From Trichoplax adhaerens (lineage: Eukaryota > Animalia > Placozoa), in NCBI RefSeq assembly GCF_000150275.1, contig NW_002060956.1, forward strand, positions 62,001 to 126,000: DNA of 64,000 nt, read 5' to 3'. Of this stretch, positions 25,365 to 40,812 are shown piece by piece. A program made the position numbers and the translations under genes. The notes under the pieces are model-generated. The model did not search any database and was not told the origin of the DNA. It worked only from the letters and a program-made list of their open reading frames with translations. Every line of letters starts with the position of its first letter. The stretch's first letter is position 1.

Positions 25365-27491
25365 ACAATATTTACACACTGATAAATCATTTATCATCGA
25401 CAAAGTCCCTAACTGCTAATAATATAGTATATACCGCTATTATACAGGGATGCAAAGAAATTGTATTAATGAATTCACTTATGGAAAAGATTTGTCTTAT
25501 ATTCGTAATAAGCACGATCTATCCTAACTAATTACAATTAATAACTGATTTTTTAAGTTAAAGTTTGGATCTAAAGCAACTTACGGTAGTATTGAGATAG
25601 TAGACTATCGGTCATGTTTAGTATGATGTATAAAATATTCAAGTTATGTATCGGATTAAAAGTAAGTCGCAATCTATTTTATCATTTATTTCTTCAAGTT
25701 TACAAGACTGCAATGAATTAAAAACTCCAGGTAAATATCAAAATATCTAGCTTCAACTACGAAAGAAACCTTTGGTAATTATCAAGTTAATATTTATTTA
25801 GAATTTAGCTTAATCATTGTGAATTAAAATTCATAATTAAAAAATACACATCAAAAAATCAACGTACATTTATAGCAAAAATATTAATGCTAACCATAAG
25901 ATCCCAAATATCAGAAGATTCTATCTATCTGGCTTGTTAAACCTTATATACCTTATATACATATTTATATATGTTATACATAACGTTTGTACGTAAGGTT
26001 TCAAATGAAAATGGACTGCATAATTCCCCATTGTAATACTGGGCAGTTACGAGAATCTTATCTATTTAATAGAACCGTGATAGTGAAATTAGGAAAAATC
26101 TTTCGTGAACTTTTAGATCTAACTATATCAATTATTAATATTTCTATCTAATAATTAAGTCAATTCGATATCTAAACCTGCAATGATTATTTTATAAACT
26201 TAAATGTACAGCCTTATACACTAGTATTCTGGAAATTTTTGAGGAAAAAAATTTAATGAATATGCGAAGTAAAACCTTACAATAAATCTGCACACATTAT
26301 ATGTAACTACAATGACTAGATATTAATCTCTTGGGCTAATTTTGTACGTATTGATAGACTATTTCTCCATAATTTTATATCTAAAATTTGATATATATCA
26401 ATAAGGCGTGATTGATTGTACAAAATCAATGTCCGAAGCGATCCTTCACTCCATTATTCTATATGTAATGCCATATTGATGATTGCAAGCCTTTCTTAGG
26501 CTAAATGATCCAGTATAATTTTACTATTACCGAAATATCCTTTCTGAATATCAGTCTCTAAATATAGTGCTTAACGTAAGTTAAAGATAGCAAATTATTG
26601 AGAATCTGTAGGATTAGGGATGACTGTTCGAAACATTTCTTAAACAGATTATAGCGCCCTAATAAGTGATTTAGGGAAAGATATATAGATTTAGTATTTT
26701 TCGTTATTTTTTGATAGAGCTGGTTCATGACATATAAATTTAATGAAATGATGATTTTCCATGAGAGACGACAAATACTAATTTTCTACATTATTGTAGA
26801 CTATTTTATTCATAAAAATTGGGACAAGGCACTGATTGTATTATTAGAAACATTATTATTAGTAACGTAGAAATGTAAGATTAATAACGTTTCTAAGGCT
26901 TGGAGTGATTAGCATTATCATACGGAGGACTGAGTTGTTAATTAGCTTATTATTAAGTGCGAGATATTACAAGGCCATAATTATCGATTTACTAATTTCA
27001 TACTAATCTTCTATTCGTAAGTCTTATATAAATTTATGGTAACCTAATATAAAAGTTTTATCTAATGTGCACCAGGTGATTTATCTAAAAGCCATATAAG
27101 ACCGGTGCCTTATTAGTTTGAGATAAGTGCTCGAGTTATAATATGTCAGGGGCTTTTAATATCCTATCTGTCAAGATTAACTTTATGGAATAAATGTTTA
27201 ATGTTCTCAAGCTGTTTCTCCAACTACCGTTGTACAGGCTATATCGATACTAGTAATTAGTCGGTAGAATTAATTACATCCTTATACAGCCAGTTCTATG
27301 CTGACTTCTGTAGATGCATTTTTAGTAGTGATTGTCTACATATCGCACTTGTTCGCGACACTAATATACAATCTGTCTATGCTAATGAATCGCTTCTAAT
27401 AATACTGAATAAGTACATGTGCTAACAAAGGAAATTGCCTAACAGATAAATATGGTACTTTCTCCGAATTATATCTTTATTTTAATGATAA

Positions 27492-27993
27492 TATGACATA
27501 TAACCGATCTCAAAATTTCCAAATTTGTGGAAAACTCGGACTTTATTCGATCTTTGTGCAAAAAGTAACTTGCACACAGCTCTGCTCTAGTCTGAATATA
27601 ACCACTAGAAAGACTTCTAAAAAGAATTTAGAAAGCTGCCTACTTATATGCGTATACTTTCCGTAGCGTTTGTGCAGGGATCAGCATGGCAACATTCTAC
27701 TTAAGTTTATACATGTTCGAATTATTAATAGTCACAACACTTTACAACGCACCATCTATAATCCAATATATTAGTTACATATCTAGCTCTGCCTCGAATA
27801 TCAATGATGACTCAACAGTCAATACCCTATTCTATGGTCATATACAGTATATTTTAGCATAGAGTCTTTTTTAATTACAGACTATAGCTATGGGCTATTA
27901 AATAAGCCTTTAGATAAATGTAGAAAGTTACACTACCATACATCATGCTAAACATGGCTAATGGTTTACAATCCAATACCAAACTACGTTACA
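27492..27993 (-). mobile_element. Old diverged solo LTR related to family C
   Basis: Similar to 9706-10272 ('tttagcatagagtct', 'ctaaacatggcta'), ends GTTACA. No recognisable TSD. Confidence 0.65.
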
Positions 27994-28848
27994 GGCGAAT
28001 GCTGGATATAGTATGCTATGAAAATGTAACTGCTCTAAAAATTACTTCAATTTATAAATCGATCAAATTTTATTTAAAAAAAGAGGAATTTTAGGGTATT
28101 CTTAATTTAATTCCATGCAATTGATTAATTATTCTTCATAGCAGGATAACGAAATGGGAAGATTTAAGATATCAGAGCAACACTATAATAGAGATTGTGA
28201 CGCTCAATTCTTAATCGTATTATAATTATAATAGCAAGTCCTATAATTTCTCATTTCTGAGACAAATGCATGTAGCCTTAATGAAGGTGATCTAATAATT
28301 ATCTTAAAAGTAATCTTATATTGATATATACCTTAAGGTTACGTGATATAAGTTATTGATTATTACTATTACAAGAAAGTACAAATTTGTAAAATAAAGC
28401 AATTATTTCTGAAAATCAATTATGTAGCTTATCAACTAAAGAATATGCGATAACTAAAGAAAACGTACAAACAATTTTTTACTAATATTTATTAGAGTAT
28501 TAAAACATAAATCAAACATTGCTCAAGTACTAAGCAGCAGATTGCCAAAAAAGAACACTATCGACAATACATTATGAATCGATGAGATGATAGCTCAAGA
28601 TGGACTGGTTCAAAAAGCATAGAAATTACGGATCTAAATTTGGGTGGTTAAAATTAACAAAAGCTATTAATTCATGTTCCATGAATAAATGGGATTAGTA
28701 CAGTTTATAAGTTCACTTCTCTTGTCAGTGTTACCAAACCCAAATATAGCAAACATTATTTTCAATTTCATACTAACATATTTGAAAAAGTGTAAAAGAT
28801 ACCGATTGTATAATGAAATATCTTCAAATTTTATTCCAAAGCCCATAT

Positions 28849-31800
28849 TTAATGATGGCTAACAACTTCATTTCTTTGATTACCGGTACTCGACAAAGTA
28901 GGATGATCACATGCTGAAGCTAAGGTAGAAACACTAAAATTTATAATGAATAATAAAGTGAATGGTATTAGATTACAGTTCTAAAATTAAATTGTAAGTA
29001 TTATTATGATTAATATTCTTATTAACAAAAGTGAGTATCAACAGCATTGCGGTGATTCCATTTAATCAAAGTATATATTGTGAAAGGACATTTGATCATA
29101 TTAAAATGTACATATATACAAAGTAGCTATCCCTGTTTTACTAACCTATTAGCCGATCCCTCTCTCAATTCAGCTATCAATTTAGCGTTATGAACAGAAA
29201 ATTACATTTTTAGCTACTCGTTTATTTAAAATATGTACTCGATAATCGTAAAATCTATAAATATATCTAAGCTAGCTATCAGTAACAAGAATAAAGGAAC
29301 AGCTACTATAGTCTAGCATATGCAATTATTTTAAATCAATCATGGTTACTGCCAAACGAGCGAACATATTTATATCTGGTACCTGGCATCTTATTCAAAC
29401 TGGTCGAATATCTTTCGATTCTCTTACATCGACGGGACATATTCTCCGCAGAAACTGGAAACTTTGCTACTATACCATGTTCGTTCAAATGCATATTTTT
29501 ACCCTAAATTGAAAATTGAAAAGAAAAAATAAGTGTATTATATTAGTCCTGTAAATTAATAGTGATATTCAATCACGTAAATCATAAACTGATATTGACT
29601 TAATTTTAAGTATCACTTAACCTATCGTTTAATTATCTTATCAGCTATATTAGATCGTAAATCTTGCATAGATACAAGTTAGAGCTGAATTATGTACGTG
29701 GCATTTAACAAATTAAATAGTAATAAATCGCACTCGAACATCTTTATTAGCTTCGCCCACGGTATAGCTTGGAAAGATCATTGAACCGAATTTGAATTTT
29801 GCCCGAATATAATCTCGCACCTAATAGTAATTGAAGTAATCACGACATAAATTGGTAACACTTTTATCAGTTTAATCATTAGTCATTCTACCCTTTTAAT
29901 GTACGAGTTCTATATTCTTTACATGTACAGCATTCTCAGTATGGTATCGACATTGATAGTAAATAATCTTAAATCTTTATTTAAGTAAATATATATGTGC
30001 TGGCTACGAAGTAAGATACTAGAAACTTACATTTCGATCTCGAAAGCAGTGAAAGTAAAAGATTAACAACCCCTAAAAGAAGTATAAATCACCACCTCAT
30101 CAGTATGAAAAAGTACCGTAGAATCGGCAAGCTTAACTTATACATGTAGGACTGACCACACTCTTAAACTTAATTTGTAGTTGGACGACGGATGAAAACT
30201 TACCTGTGGACAGTTCAGTATTGTAAACAAGTAAGCGAAAACGATATCATTTGTGGAATAAAGTAAGATACCAAATATCCAAGATAAGCCAAAGAGAAAT
30301 GCTAATGAAGTCACAGCTTTTATTCCAGCCCTGCACAAAATTAATTAAAAGATTTCGATTTGATCTTTCGTATTACTTAAGATTATTCAGCTATCAGTAA
30401 TATAGAGCTTCAGTCGTAATAAAATTATTCATAGCTGTCAGAGATTTCTTCCACTAAGATAATATAAGATTGTAGCAATTCTCTTTCAGCCTTATTGCAG
30501 TATCTGCATCCTAACAATCAAATCCTGGAGTAACTCTTTATTACACTCGTACTTAAACTTTTGAATTTCAGATTTTCGGACCATAGCTTTAATTGAGAAA
30601 AGAGACCTGATAGCGGCAGCTGCAATCGTAAAGTTACACTAAAACACCCCATAAAGAAGGAAAATATTGAAACATTACTAACGGATTAGAATACCAATAT
30701 AAATTCTAGATACTCGTCACTGAATTAGATAAATATGAAAGTAGTCAGATCTTTTAACTAGCTCCATATTTAGCACACAGAAGAGGTCACAACTATCGCT
30801 AAAACATATTAATTGCATACAGAGGCTAATCGATAATATCCCATTTATACAGGTTTGAAATTCCTATCGATTATCTGGTTTATAAGATACTCTTTATAAT
30901 TATTACAAATTTTATTGGTGCATTGACAGCATCAATTGCCTCACCGAAACGACTAAAATAACCGGACCAACAAAAAGCCACATTTGGTAACTAGTACTTT
31001 CGATCCAACAACTATAAAAAATGATGGCCATTGATGCTATATTAACTGAAATTGGGTGCATGATCATCATAATTTCGTATTTCGAACTTACTATTCTGAA
31101 TTACCATAGGCACTTATTCCAGTAGATGCTGAAACAGATACGATTACAGCTGGAAGTGCTAATTTGAAAGATAATTAAAAAATACAATAAATGAGCAAAA
31201 ATAAGCAATTACATATAACTAAACAATTGTAAGATTAAATAACAGTTATGCGCAAGCTAAAGAATGGCATATCTTAAAACAATCCTAACGATCATCAGAA
31301 TAACAACCGAAAAAAGAATACTGTCTATTATTAATAAATAATAAAAATTAGGTCATTAAAAGTGCGAACCTGTATTTCATCAAACATTAAAATTTTAAGA
31401 TAATGATAGAGTTAATTTAATTAACATATTTTATGCCTACCCCAGCCTGAAATAAAATAAACCCGTAGCACTTTCGGATTCATATTTTTACGTAAGGAAG
31501 AAATTCTCTGCATGAGTACTATAGCTTCTATCATCATCCATGCTAAACTAGCTAAATAAAAAAAATGTAATCCAACTGCAATGATGGTGCAAAGAAGCTG
31601 CAATTGAAGGATAGCAAATCTTATTTTCATTTACAGCCACTTTAAATAAATTAGGATATTATTACAACAAATGCATTGCAATAGATATTTAGATGAGAAT
31701 CATACTTAAAATACTCATTATAGCAATATCTTATCCATTGAGATATCTTAAATGTATCATGATGATTACTAAGCCTTAAATGATCTATAATATAAATTCA

Positions 31801-34800
31801 AAAAGTAGATAAATACTAGTGATAAAGTGTCTTGAAAATACAACACGAACTACAGTTTCTTGTAAGCTTCACTTTATTACATAAGATTAGGTTCGTCTCA
31901 TAACTACCAAGAACTATCTAGCTTCAATAGGACTATCTCTGGACTATCTTTTACAGCGAAAGCTTGAGGTTTATATACCCTTTGTTACAGAATGAATTTT
32001 ACACATTGTAATCATATCTTGCCAATTAAGTCGCAAGACAACAGTTTATCATGGCGCGAATTATTCATTATTTACGCGTCTAATTAAAGCGCCACAATGC
32101 AGCTCTCACAGTACTAACATAATTAGTGCTATCTATTACTATCATGAAATCTTAATATAAACATCTCAATAGTATCAAGACAATACGTATGTAAACCTCT
32201 GCTATAAATAGATATCTTCAAAATCATACTATCCAACAAACAAGTACTACTACTCTCGTGCAGTCTTATAATCATAATCCAAGCTAAATTTGGGGCTGCA
32301 CTACAATACTGTACAACCAAAATACAACAAATAGATCACTCCATCCATGATCGAAATAACTTTAGCATTTATACACATTCCTGATATCTTTCCAATTGAA
32401 GACTAATTACCGTTAGTTTTGTAGTTTGCATGCCAGCTAGAAACCCGCAAATGGATACTGCCATGGCTGTAGACAAGTTAAGATGAATAAAATTTTTTGC
32501 TGTATATAGTTTCCTACATTAAAAGAGGTTAAGAAAACCGCTGAATTAAAATTTATATCAAGATTGATTGATATTGATATAGTAAATATGCTATGGATTG
32601 AGTGATTGAACGTGAGTCATTCAACAATTCCGCAAATATTACCAGAGTTGGTGCATGACTCCTGTAAAACTACAAAGCCGGTGACAAACACAGTATTTAT
32701 TGTCTAATTGCGTTTAACTTACATCTAATAAACAATCAATAACTTAGTAAATTATTAGCTTATGAGCAATTCTGATCAAAGAAGACTCTGTACAAGTCCC
32801 AGCTCTCACAGCTATGCTATGCATTAAGTGATAGATTCAATGAATTTTGAGAGCATCTTTTATATTATAAGTTCTTTCTCGACTGGAAATATTTGCAATA
32901 AAACTATTAATAGGAGTATCTTCTATTAAACTTTACTACGTTATACTGTATTTAAAGAACTCGTATTTGTAGTATAAGTTAATAGCACTATCATATTTTG
33001 CATGAAGCTCTTCGTCTACGTTAATGATCAGATGCTCATACTTCCACACTATCAATAGTTATATAGCAACAATACTTACTGGGCTAATAAATCGTTATGT
33101 TGAACAGATAACTACCGCAATAAATAATATTCATATCACATAATTTTTTATCTGACGGATTTATAATACGATTATAACCCATCTTACTTACTTGTTGCTA
33201 ATTAATATCATTATCATTATCAGTAAGGCAAATAGTGAAATAGAGTAACCAATATAAGTGATATAGCGGAGGTAAAGATCATGAGGCCCAGTAATCGCCT
33301 ATAACAAAAATACAATCGATCATTTCAAAGTATGACGTTGAAATTAGTAATACAAATTTTGCGATTTGCTACATTTGCTTTTACATATTCCAAATTAAGC
33401 ATATTATATCTTTGAGACAAAATGAGGCATAAATTATACAATGGAGAAAAATTATCTTTCGCTCGATTAATTATCCTGTCTGTCATAAAAAATCTAACCT
33501 ATTCGTAAACTATAGAACTGGATGATAAATTATCAAGATAAAAATTCTTTTTCTGGAACGTAACAAAAGTAATTTTCCATAAAAATGGATTATTCAATGC
33601 AGATACAAAGCGGAAACAATGATGAATTGCAACATGCATATAATCATAATAATTTTCAACATATTGTATTGTATCAACGCAATTGTATCACCTTAAACAT
33701 TTCTATTTTACCTTGGAACTTCGCATAAGGACTGCAAAACTCGTAAAGTGATTGGTAGTGCAATGTACTGTAGTAGAATTATGATCTAATAATTTTATTC
33801 CATATTTCAACCATCCACTGCAACATATTTATATTTAATAAAGCATGATCAGTATAAATATAGATAAAACACATCATAATCTTGACTTTGAACAACGATA
33901 TTTCTAATAATCACAAAGAAATCCAAGATGAATGTCTTAGTCATGATCATTACAGTCAAGAATCCATTTCAGAGAACAAGTAAATAAGATTGATTTCAAT
34001 TTTAATAAGCACGCAATAGTATTTTAAGCATAACATAAAAACTAGCTGTATAATGCATCTTACGTTTTCTCCCAATATGCACACTGATAAGGTGGGATAG
34101 GCTAATAGAAAAATGATCATGAGGTACAGTATTAATAATAATAAATGTTGAAAATAATCAAGTAATCATCATAATTACTTAACTGACCTGTTTGTGTAGT
34201 ATTTTAAGGTAAAAATGAACCGGTTCAGTAAAATTTTTATCTTGGCGTGGATACATAGAGCAAGACAAGATACTAGAAATAATAAACCTAAGGGAAATAT
34301 TTATAAAGCAGCTTAATATAGACTTGTATACTGATTAATATCAACAATAAGGTTAAGAAATAAAAATTTTAAGGGAAATAATTACTTTGTATTATATATA
34401 TATTGGATAAAAGTGGATTACCTGCTAGTAATTTTTTTAGTATCGTTTTGTGCCCAATTTCCTTCTACGTTTAACGATCGCACTACTACAGTAACAGCTT
34501 CACCTAGAAATCATTAATAACATCATTAATAAATAACTGCTATCATATACTGTAGTGTAATAAGATTACACAATTGCAATCGTTCGTCTCGCAGGTTTGT
34601 ACGTATATTAGTATATCATTCAAGATTATGATACGAAATAGGCTAAATATTATTTAGAATTGGATATCGTTTTATTACCTTACCTCAACTTGTTAATTAA
34701 TATATTGTACGAGTATTTAGGTAATGAATAAAAAATAACCAAAAATATTTGTTACCTTGACCAGATAATTGCAATACTGATTTAGGAATCCTCATTTCTG

Positions 34801-37800
34801 CTACAGACTTATTGGATAACGATAACGCCATATTGATAGCTGACCGTATATCCGATGCCGAGATCGTTTGAATGATTAATTCTAACACATTCAACGTGAA
34901 AAGTTATGAATAACATTAGAGTACGTAACAAGAAATCATATTAATCGGTGATGATGTCCAAACAGCCCCTTTCTACAATAAAAACATTATGCGGAAACTA
35001 GAATACAGAGATTTGTACACGTGCAAGCAACAACGACATCATCAAATAACCGGCACATGTTTACAAGCTTGAGATGATAATGCAACCCTTCTTGTGTAGT
35101 ACATAACAAACTCTAACTAAGGAGAAAATGAAAGTGAATATGACTTAAGAAGGTCGACTGATGTAACTCCAAAAAAGTAGTGTACTGATATAATAGATTT
35201 ACCGCCATTGTCATGAAATAATACCTGACTGTAAAGTTGAAATTGTAACTTGTGTAGTAATATTGCGTTGATTAACCTCCTTAGCTAAATCTGCATCATA
35301 TTGCTCAATTTGCTTTAGAACGAATTCAAGGTTCTACAGAATAGCATACAGAGAAATTTCGGTTAAGTGTTTTAGCCGATGGAATATTTTGATTAAGAAA
35401 CATGTAACACAATCCTTTCATTTCTTCAACCGTGAAGAAACTGATAATTTGGATAATAATTCAGATCACATTTCAAATTTTGAAACTTTTCTATCGCAAA
35501 ATCTTGAAGTATATCTACATTTGACTAACCTTGTCGGTGCCAGTTGTAATATTCGCAATAAATTGATCATTCGTTGCTTTTATCTTATTAATCTATGAAA
35601 TAAGAGGAAAATTTAATACGATAACGCTGATTATTTATCAACATTTAATATAACCAAATTGTGCCAGTATGAGGTGAGCTACGTACTCGTATACTCGTAA
35701 CCGTAAAATCATCCTAAGAGGAATTGTAATTTAATTGTATTTAGTTTAAATTTAATCCCAAACCGGTGATTAAGAAATTTTTAAATCATTAAGAGTAGGT
35801 AATCTAACAAGTTATTTGATAATTATGATATTATTTTAAACTTATCATGATCATTTTTTTCCAAAGATAAACTAATATTTCCAATCGAGAAAATATCATT
35901 TAATAAGTGACATTAGTACTATTCTAACAGCTTGTTACCTACCGTAGTATTTTTTAAAATCAAAGATAGAGCATTAATCATGTTATCGCTATTATTAACC
36001 GTCTTATTAGCCTTGATAAGATCCGGAAAATAGTTTGCATTATTTGGTGGAGCTGGCTGATTTACTGCCATACTTGCCGCAATTTCTATAACTATGATAT
36101 AATATTAAAAAACAAAGTTAAAGGATGGAGTCTATGGAAATTAGCATCTAGTAATATGAATAGCTAAGGAAAAGATTTATTATAACAGTTTCAAATAGAC
36201 CCTATGCTATTGATTTGATTATATATGTACCCATATAAAATACAAAATCATATCCACTGGATGGTATCAGTTTATTTTTATTGAGTTGAAGTAGGCTCAG
36301 CAAGAATAGTAATTATTGTTGTATAGATCTCATTTATCACTAGTTATGCTACGAATATAACTTAAGAAAAAGCCCCAGAATACTCCAATATCTGCGTCTC
36401 ATAACTGACAGACCATCAGAATGATAATGACTCCATAGATATTTCACCTGGAGTCAGTAGATATTAATTGAGTCTAATATTCGCATACCTGAAGGAGATT
36501 TCCTAGAATATTCTGATGGCTGCATTGCTGCCAATGAAAGTGTATCTAAATGATGGAGTAAATCGGCCGATACATTGCTAGAGAGACCACTAGAAGTTAA
36601 ATATCTGCAATCATCACTAGCCATTTTATACCCTAAGAAAAATAGCATGCATTACTAATTGGTAGGGATAGAATAAAATAATGAAGGTCGTATCTGAATT
36701 TATTAAATCTAATTTATTAAAGCCGTGGGCATTAAAGTTTCTCTACTTGAGTTAAATATACGGTATAGCAGTATATCGAAATTAGTATATCTCATGAGTA
36801 GCTAGAGTATATCGTGACGTAAAGTAGAACAGGAATTAGAATTAAATTTTGAATTATACGTACCGCAGACAGACGACATTAACAGATCTGCATGCGTACT
36901 AGAGTTAAGATCGGAACCAGTGATGACAATGGCGAGCGAAAATTTATCACCCGTAGTCGGACTGGTTGCGAAAAAGACGCTAGAATTGGTATGTACCAAC
37001 AAATTAGACGATAACCGCTGATTATGGACATCTTCTACATCCCATACACTTGTACTTATATCCAAGATGTCATCTAATAAAGTAAATAACAATCATAAAC
37101 CATAGGCAAAATTAGAAGTGATATTTTATGAAATTAAAATGAGACTGCAATAAATCCCAGCAAATTACAATAGTAATCGTGTTGAAAGTGTAACAGCAAT
37201 ATGAAGCAAGCACTGTATTAGGTAGAATTGCCTTTTATGCATAACAAAATGATTATAGATGATGGGCTAATATGACGAAACGGAGATTAATCTCACCTGA
37301 TACCAGCATAATTAATGGATTCTGGTATACACTGGAACTAACTTGTGATTTGTAATCGATAGAAGCGGTCGATGGTGAGTAATTCGTTACACCCGAAATT
37401 AAAATAGTAGGACTACTACCAGCCCGAAAGGTAGTCGAGGAAGATTGAATATTCAGAATCTCTAGTTCGCTTAAACCTATACTTTTTAAAGCAGATTGGA
37501 CATTGAAACTTTCTTGATCGTCTATCACTGCAATTGTCGAAGCAGATTGGACGTTAGATAGTTCTTGATCTTCTAAAACTGTACTAGTTGAAGCAGATTC
37601 AATATTGAAAGTTTCTTGATCGCTTAACGCTGTACTTGTCGAAGTAGATTGGACATTAGATAGTTCTTGATCGCTTATAACTGCACTAGTTGAAGGAGAT
37701 TGAACATCGAAAGCTTGTTGATTATCTATGACTGTAATTGTCGAAGCAGATTGGATGTTAGATAATCCTTGATCGTTAATAACCGAACTTGTTGAAACAG

Positions 37801-40800
37801 ATTGAAGATTGAAAATGTCTTGATCGCCTAACACTGTACTTGTCGAAGTAGATTGGACATTAGATAGTTCTTGATCGCTTATAACTGTACTAGTTGAAGC
37901 GGATTGAACAGTAAAAGTTTCTCGATTGCTTATTATTGTGCTTATCGAAGCAATATCTGAGGTGACATCAATAGTGAAAGTTAATGATGATATAGAGGAT
38001 GCTAATGGATCCTCAAGCGTGCTTGAAATAATATTAGTATACGCAGTAGTAGACGCCAGCAACGGCAAATCACTTGTTTTCGATGTTATAATGCCAGAAC
38101 TATTCGCTAAAGACATTACGAAATGATCTTCATATAAAGTTGAGCCAGTATTAGCGTTTGAAGTAGTCGAACTCAACAATTCTAATTCATTAGCCGTAGT
38201 GGAAAGGAAAGTGCTAGTATTACTAGACGGAATAGTCGATAATAACGGACGATTTATTTGGCTAGTTCCAATATCAGACTGAGAAGTTGGGGAAGGATAT
38301 AGATTTAATCGGCTAGAAGCAGTTGTTGCTGAATTAATATTGTTACTGGTTAGCGTAAATATCATTGATGAGGAAATCAATTGGCTAGTAGAAACATTAC
38401 GGCTTGCTGAACTTGTGCTAATTGCGGTCGTGATAGGGTAAGTAACATGACTAGCATCAATTGGTTTTTGACAAATGTATACACAATCATAGTCACAGCC
38501 ATAATCACACCAAGTTGCTTGAACAATATCAGTGATCTTTGAAATATAAACACATCCTTTAGCTAAACTTGATGGACAGGTTAACGACCAAAATGCTGAA
38601 CCAGTTGTAACGTTTTGACCAGTCGCCAACCAATGATAACTATCTAACTGGTTGTTCCCCACAGTATCTTTTAACCCAATCCAGTGGCAAGTGTAGAGTG
38701 TTAGTAGATCTTCTAGCCCATTATGAATTACATTGCTATTATCAACTACTAAATCACCACTAGGAAATGCCTGACAAGCAGTTCGAGCATCATCAAAGTC
38801 TTTCACGCTCCCAAAACGCTTAAAACAATACTTATCGATTTTTGTCCATCCACTCTCGCAGGCATCTATTCAATTTAGAGTGGGTCATTAGCTGAAATAT
38901 GTAATTTCTTAACAGTTACTTAACATATTGTTCTGACAGGTCTATCAAATGGTAATACTATCTGTTAAATGAGCACATTATCGTAAACCGTCTGCAAAGC
39001 GACGGGAGTTTGCACTAGTCATTAATAAAAAAATTATTCTTCCGACATTCAACCGCAGTTTATCGTATTGCTTGAGTTTTACAATCTTGTACTTCTGCGG
39101 CCTTATATGCACATAATACGAATAGTATAAGTACATCGTTTCATCACCAGCAATCATGAAATTACCTTATTAGAATAGTAGTATTCTACTTTTTAATGCT
39201 ATTGTACTTCAATTACTACTGTAATTAGGTGGAACTACTACATTTATGCAACTCCAGATTCGAAGATTAATTGAAACTGCTGTTATTTTTACGACATGCT
39301 CTCAACTGAAGTAAGCTAACCTCTTGAAATTATAATCATATATATCAATAACATAATCCTTTCTTAGTCTGTATGCTTGCTAATTTAAACTCATTTTTAA
39401 ATAGCATCTATGGCGATCTACCAACTCTGATAGCCCATCCAAAACGATACTACGCAATAATTATGTTCTCCTTCAAGTTTACTCAAGGCCAAGCGTTAGG
39501 TAACGAATAACATACTACGAACATGATACAGTACAGACATCAGCATCAGCATCATGATCAAAGTCAAAAATAGGAAGAATCTTCATTTGGTAGGCATCTG
39601 TCATACTGTACGGTAATTACCATCACTCAAGATTATGTTGTCGCTAATAGTTTTAAAAGTATTATTAAATAACTTCACTAATAATCATTATTGCAACTTT
39701 GATTTAATTAATCAATTTAGGCAATCAATAATGATCTCATTACGCCAAAAAGTAAATTAATTATTCATTATTATATAAATCATAATTTCTAGAAATTTAA
39801 TCTATTAGTTATTTTACGATTAATCCGCTATCCGTATTATTTAAATCATCTATTGATTAATAGTTTAACAAACCGTCAGCGCTGATGGCAGTTAAGGTTA
39901 AAGAAAGGATCTAAAAAAAGATAAAAAATAATGATATTATTTCTTTCAAGGTGAAAAGCCATAACACAATTGATCAAGCTGGTTGGATATTACAAGCCTT
40001 CGAAACATTTTTTTAAAATTGCTTTCTAAATATTCAATATTACGATTAGAAGACAAAAATTGGGTAGAAGGAATTTTAAGAACAGGAATACAAAGCAGTA
40101 AATACGATCATCGGATACCGTATAGAGTAAATAAGCATCTTATTGATCGAAATTTGGCGTTCTTTCAAAGCGGAAAAAATAATCAATCAATTGTATGTCA
40201 ATATACAATCTATTAGCAGTTTAGCACAACCTAAAACTAAGAAAGAGAACGCATAAAATGCTATCTATGTGCTATGATATTTAAAATTTCATGCCGAAAT
40301 TTTCTGAACGCTCGCATTGAATAAAATTTCGTCTTGCGCTTGTTATTGATATTTTTATGTTAGCATTTTTAAATCGTTATACGATAATAGGCAACATTAA
40401 TGTACGTACGTATTAAGAAAGTAATCTATAAATCCTGAAAAATCTAAGATACATGCCGAGCATAGGTAAATTAAAATAGTATCGGTCTTAAAAGTGAACT
40501 AGTATCCATTTGGGTACGATTAAAATACATTAGAATAAAAGTAAAGAGTAGATAGCTTCTAAGTACAATCTTGTTATATCTTCAATCGATACTACTGCAC
40601 CACTATGAGTAATGCATATTACAAGGCGAGAAGATCTCTATAAACAGTTTTTTGCATTCTTTCTTAAAATGCTCTAGAATAGAATCAAAGTGTCAGCCGT
40701 TACGACCAATATTCCAGTCTCATCTGCCATAAAGGCATTCTAATTAAAAAATTTAAATGAAATTTAATATCAGAAATACGAAAAGCATTGAAATTACCAA

Positions 40801-40812
40801 AATAATTTTCAT
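28849..40812 (-). CDS. Adhesion GPCR gene 2 (CTLD - Ser/Thr stalk - GAIN/GPS - 7TM), ~25 exons, ~1265 aa
   Basis: Exons: 40798-40812 MKIIL; 39874-39910 ILSLTLTAISAD; 37297-38865 CTLD and stalk; 36864-37073; 36489-36632; 35943-36085; GAIN exons ~35592 to 34063; GPS 33712-33817; TM exons ~33298 to 30030 with the same phases as gene 1; last exon 28849-28933 ending EVVSHH*. No stops or frameshifts seen. Confidence 0.9.
31817..32329 (-). mobile_element. Probable degenerate solo LTR in the TM2-TM3 intron of gene 2
   Basis: ~510-bp insertion relative to the gene 1 intron. Ends ...CAACA with TSD-like AATAC/AATAG. Minus-strand GGGTATATAAACC ~31968 and AATAAA ~31873. The left terminus is not TG. Confidence 0.5.
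33712..34101 (-). other. GPS motif and Stachel exons of gene 2
   Basis: YQCAYWEKT | GWLKYGIKLLDHNSTTVHCTTNHF/TSFAVLMRSSK. Confidence 0.9.
37432..37927 (-). repeat. Coding tandem repeat, 51-nt (17-aa) unit, ~10 copies, in gene 2 exon 3
   Basis: DQELSNVQSTSTSTVLG-type units alternating with DQxxFNxQS units. Confidence 0.9.
38460..38865 (-). other. C-type lectin-like domain of gene 2
   Basis: CESGW...YCF...FDDARTAC...HWIGLKD...YHW...CV...WCDYGC...YIC. Confidence 0.9.
38932..39018 (+). mobile_element. Short non-autonomous Helitron-like element
   Basis: 5' TC, subterminal GC hairpin ccgtc(t)gc-aaa-gcgacgg, 3' CTAG followed by T, no TSD. Absent from the pseudogene intron (~5185). Confidence 0.7.

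Noticed and set aside
25565-26000. ~430-bp block-B-specific segment ending in TA-rich simple sequence (also the block-A-specific ~2190-2855 segment)
   Set aside because: The indels are real but no diagnostic termini could be established.
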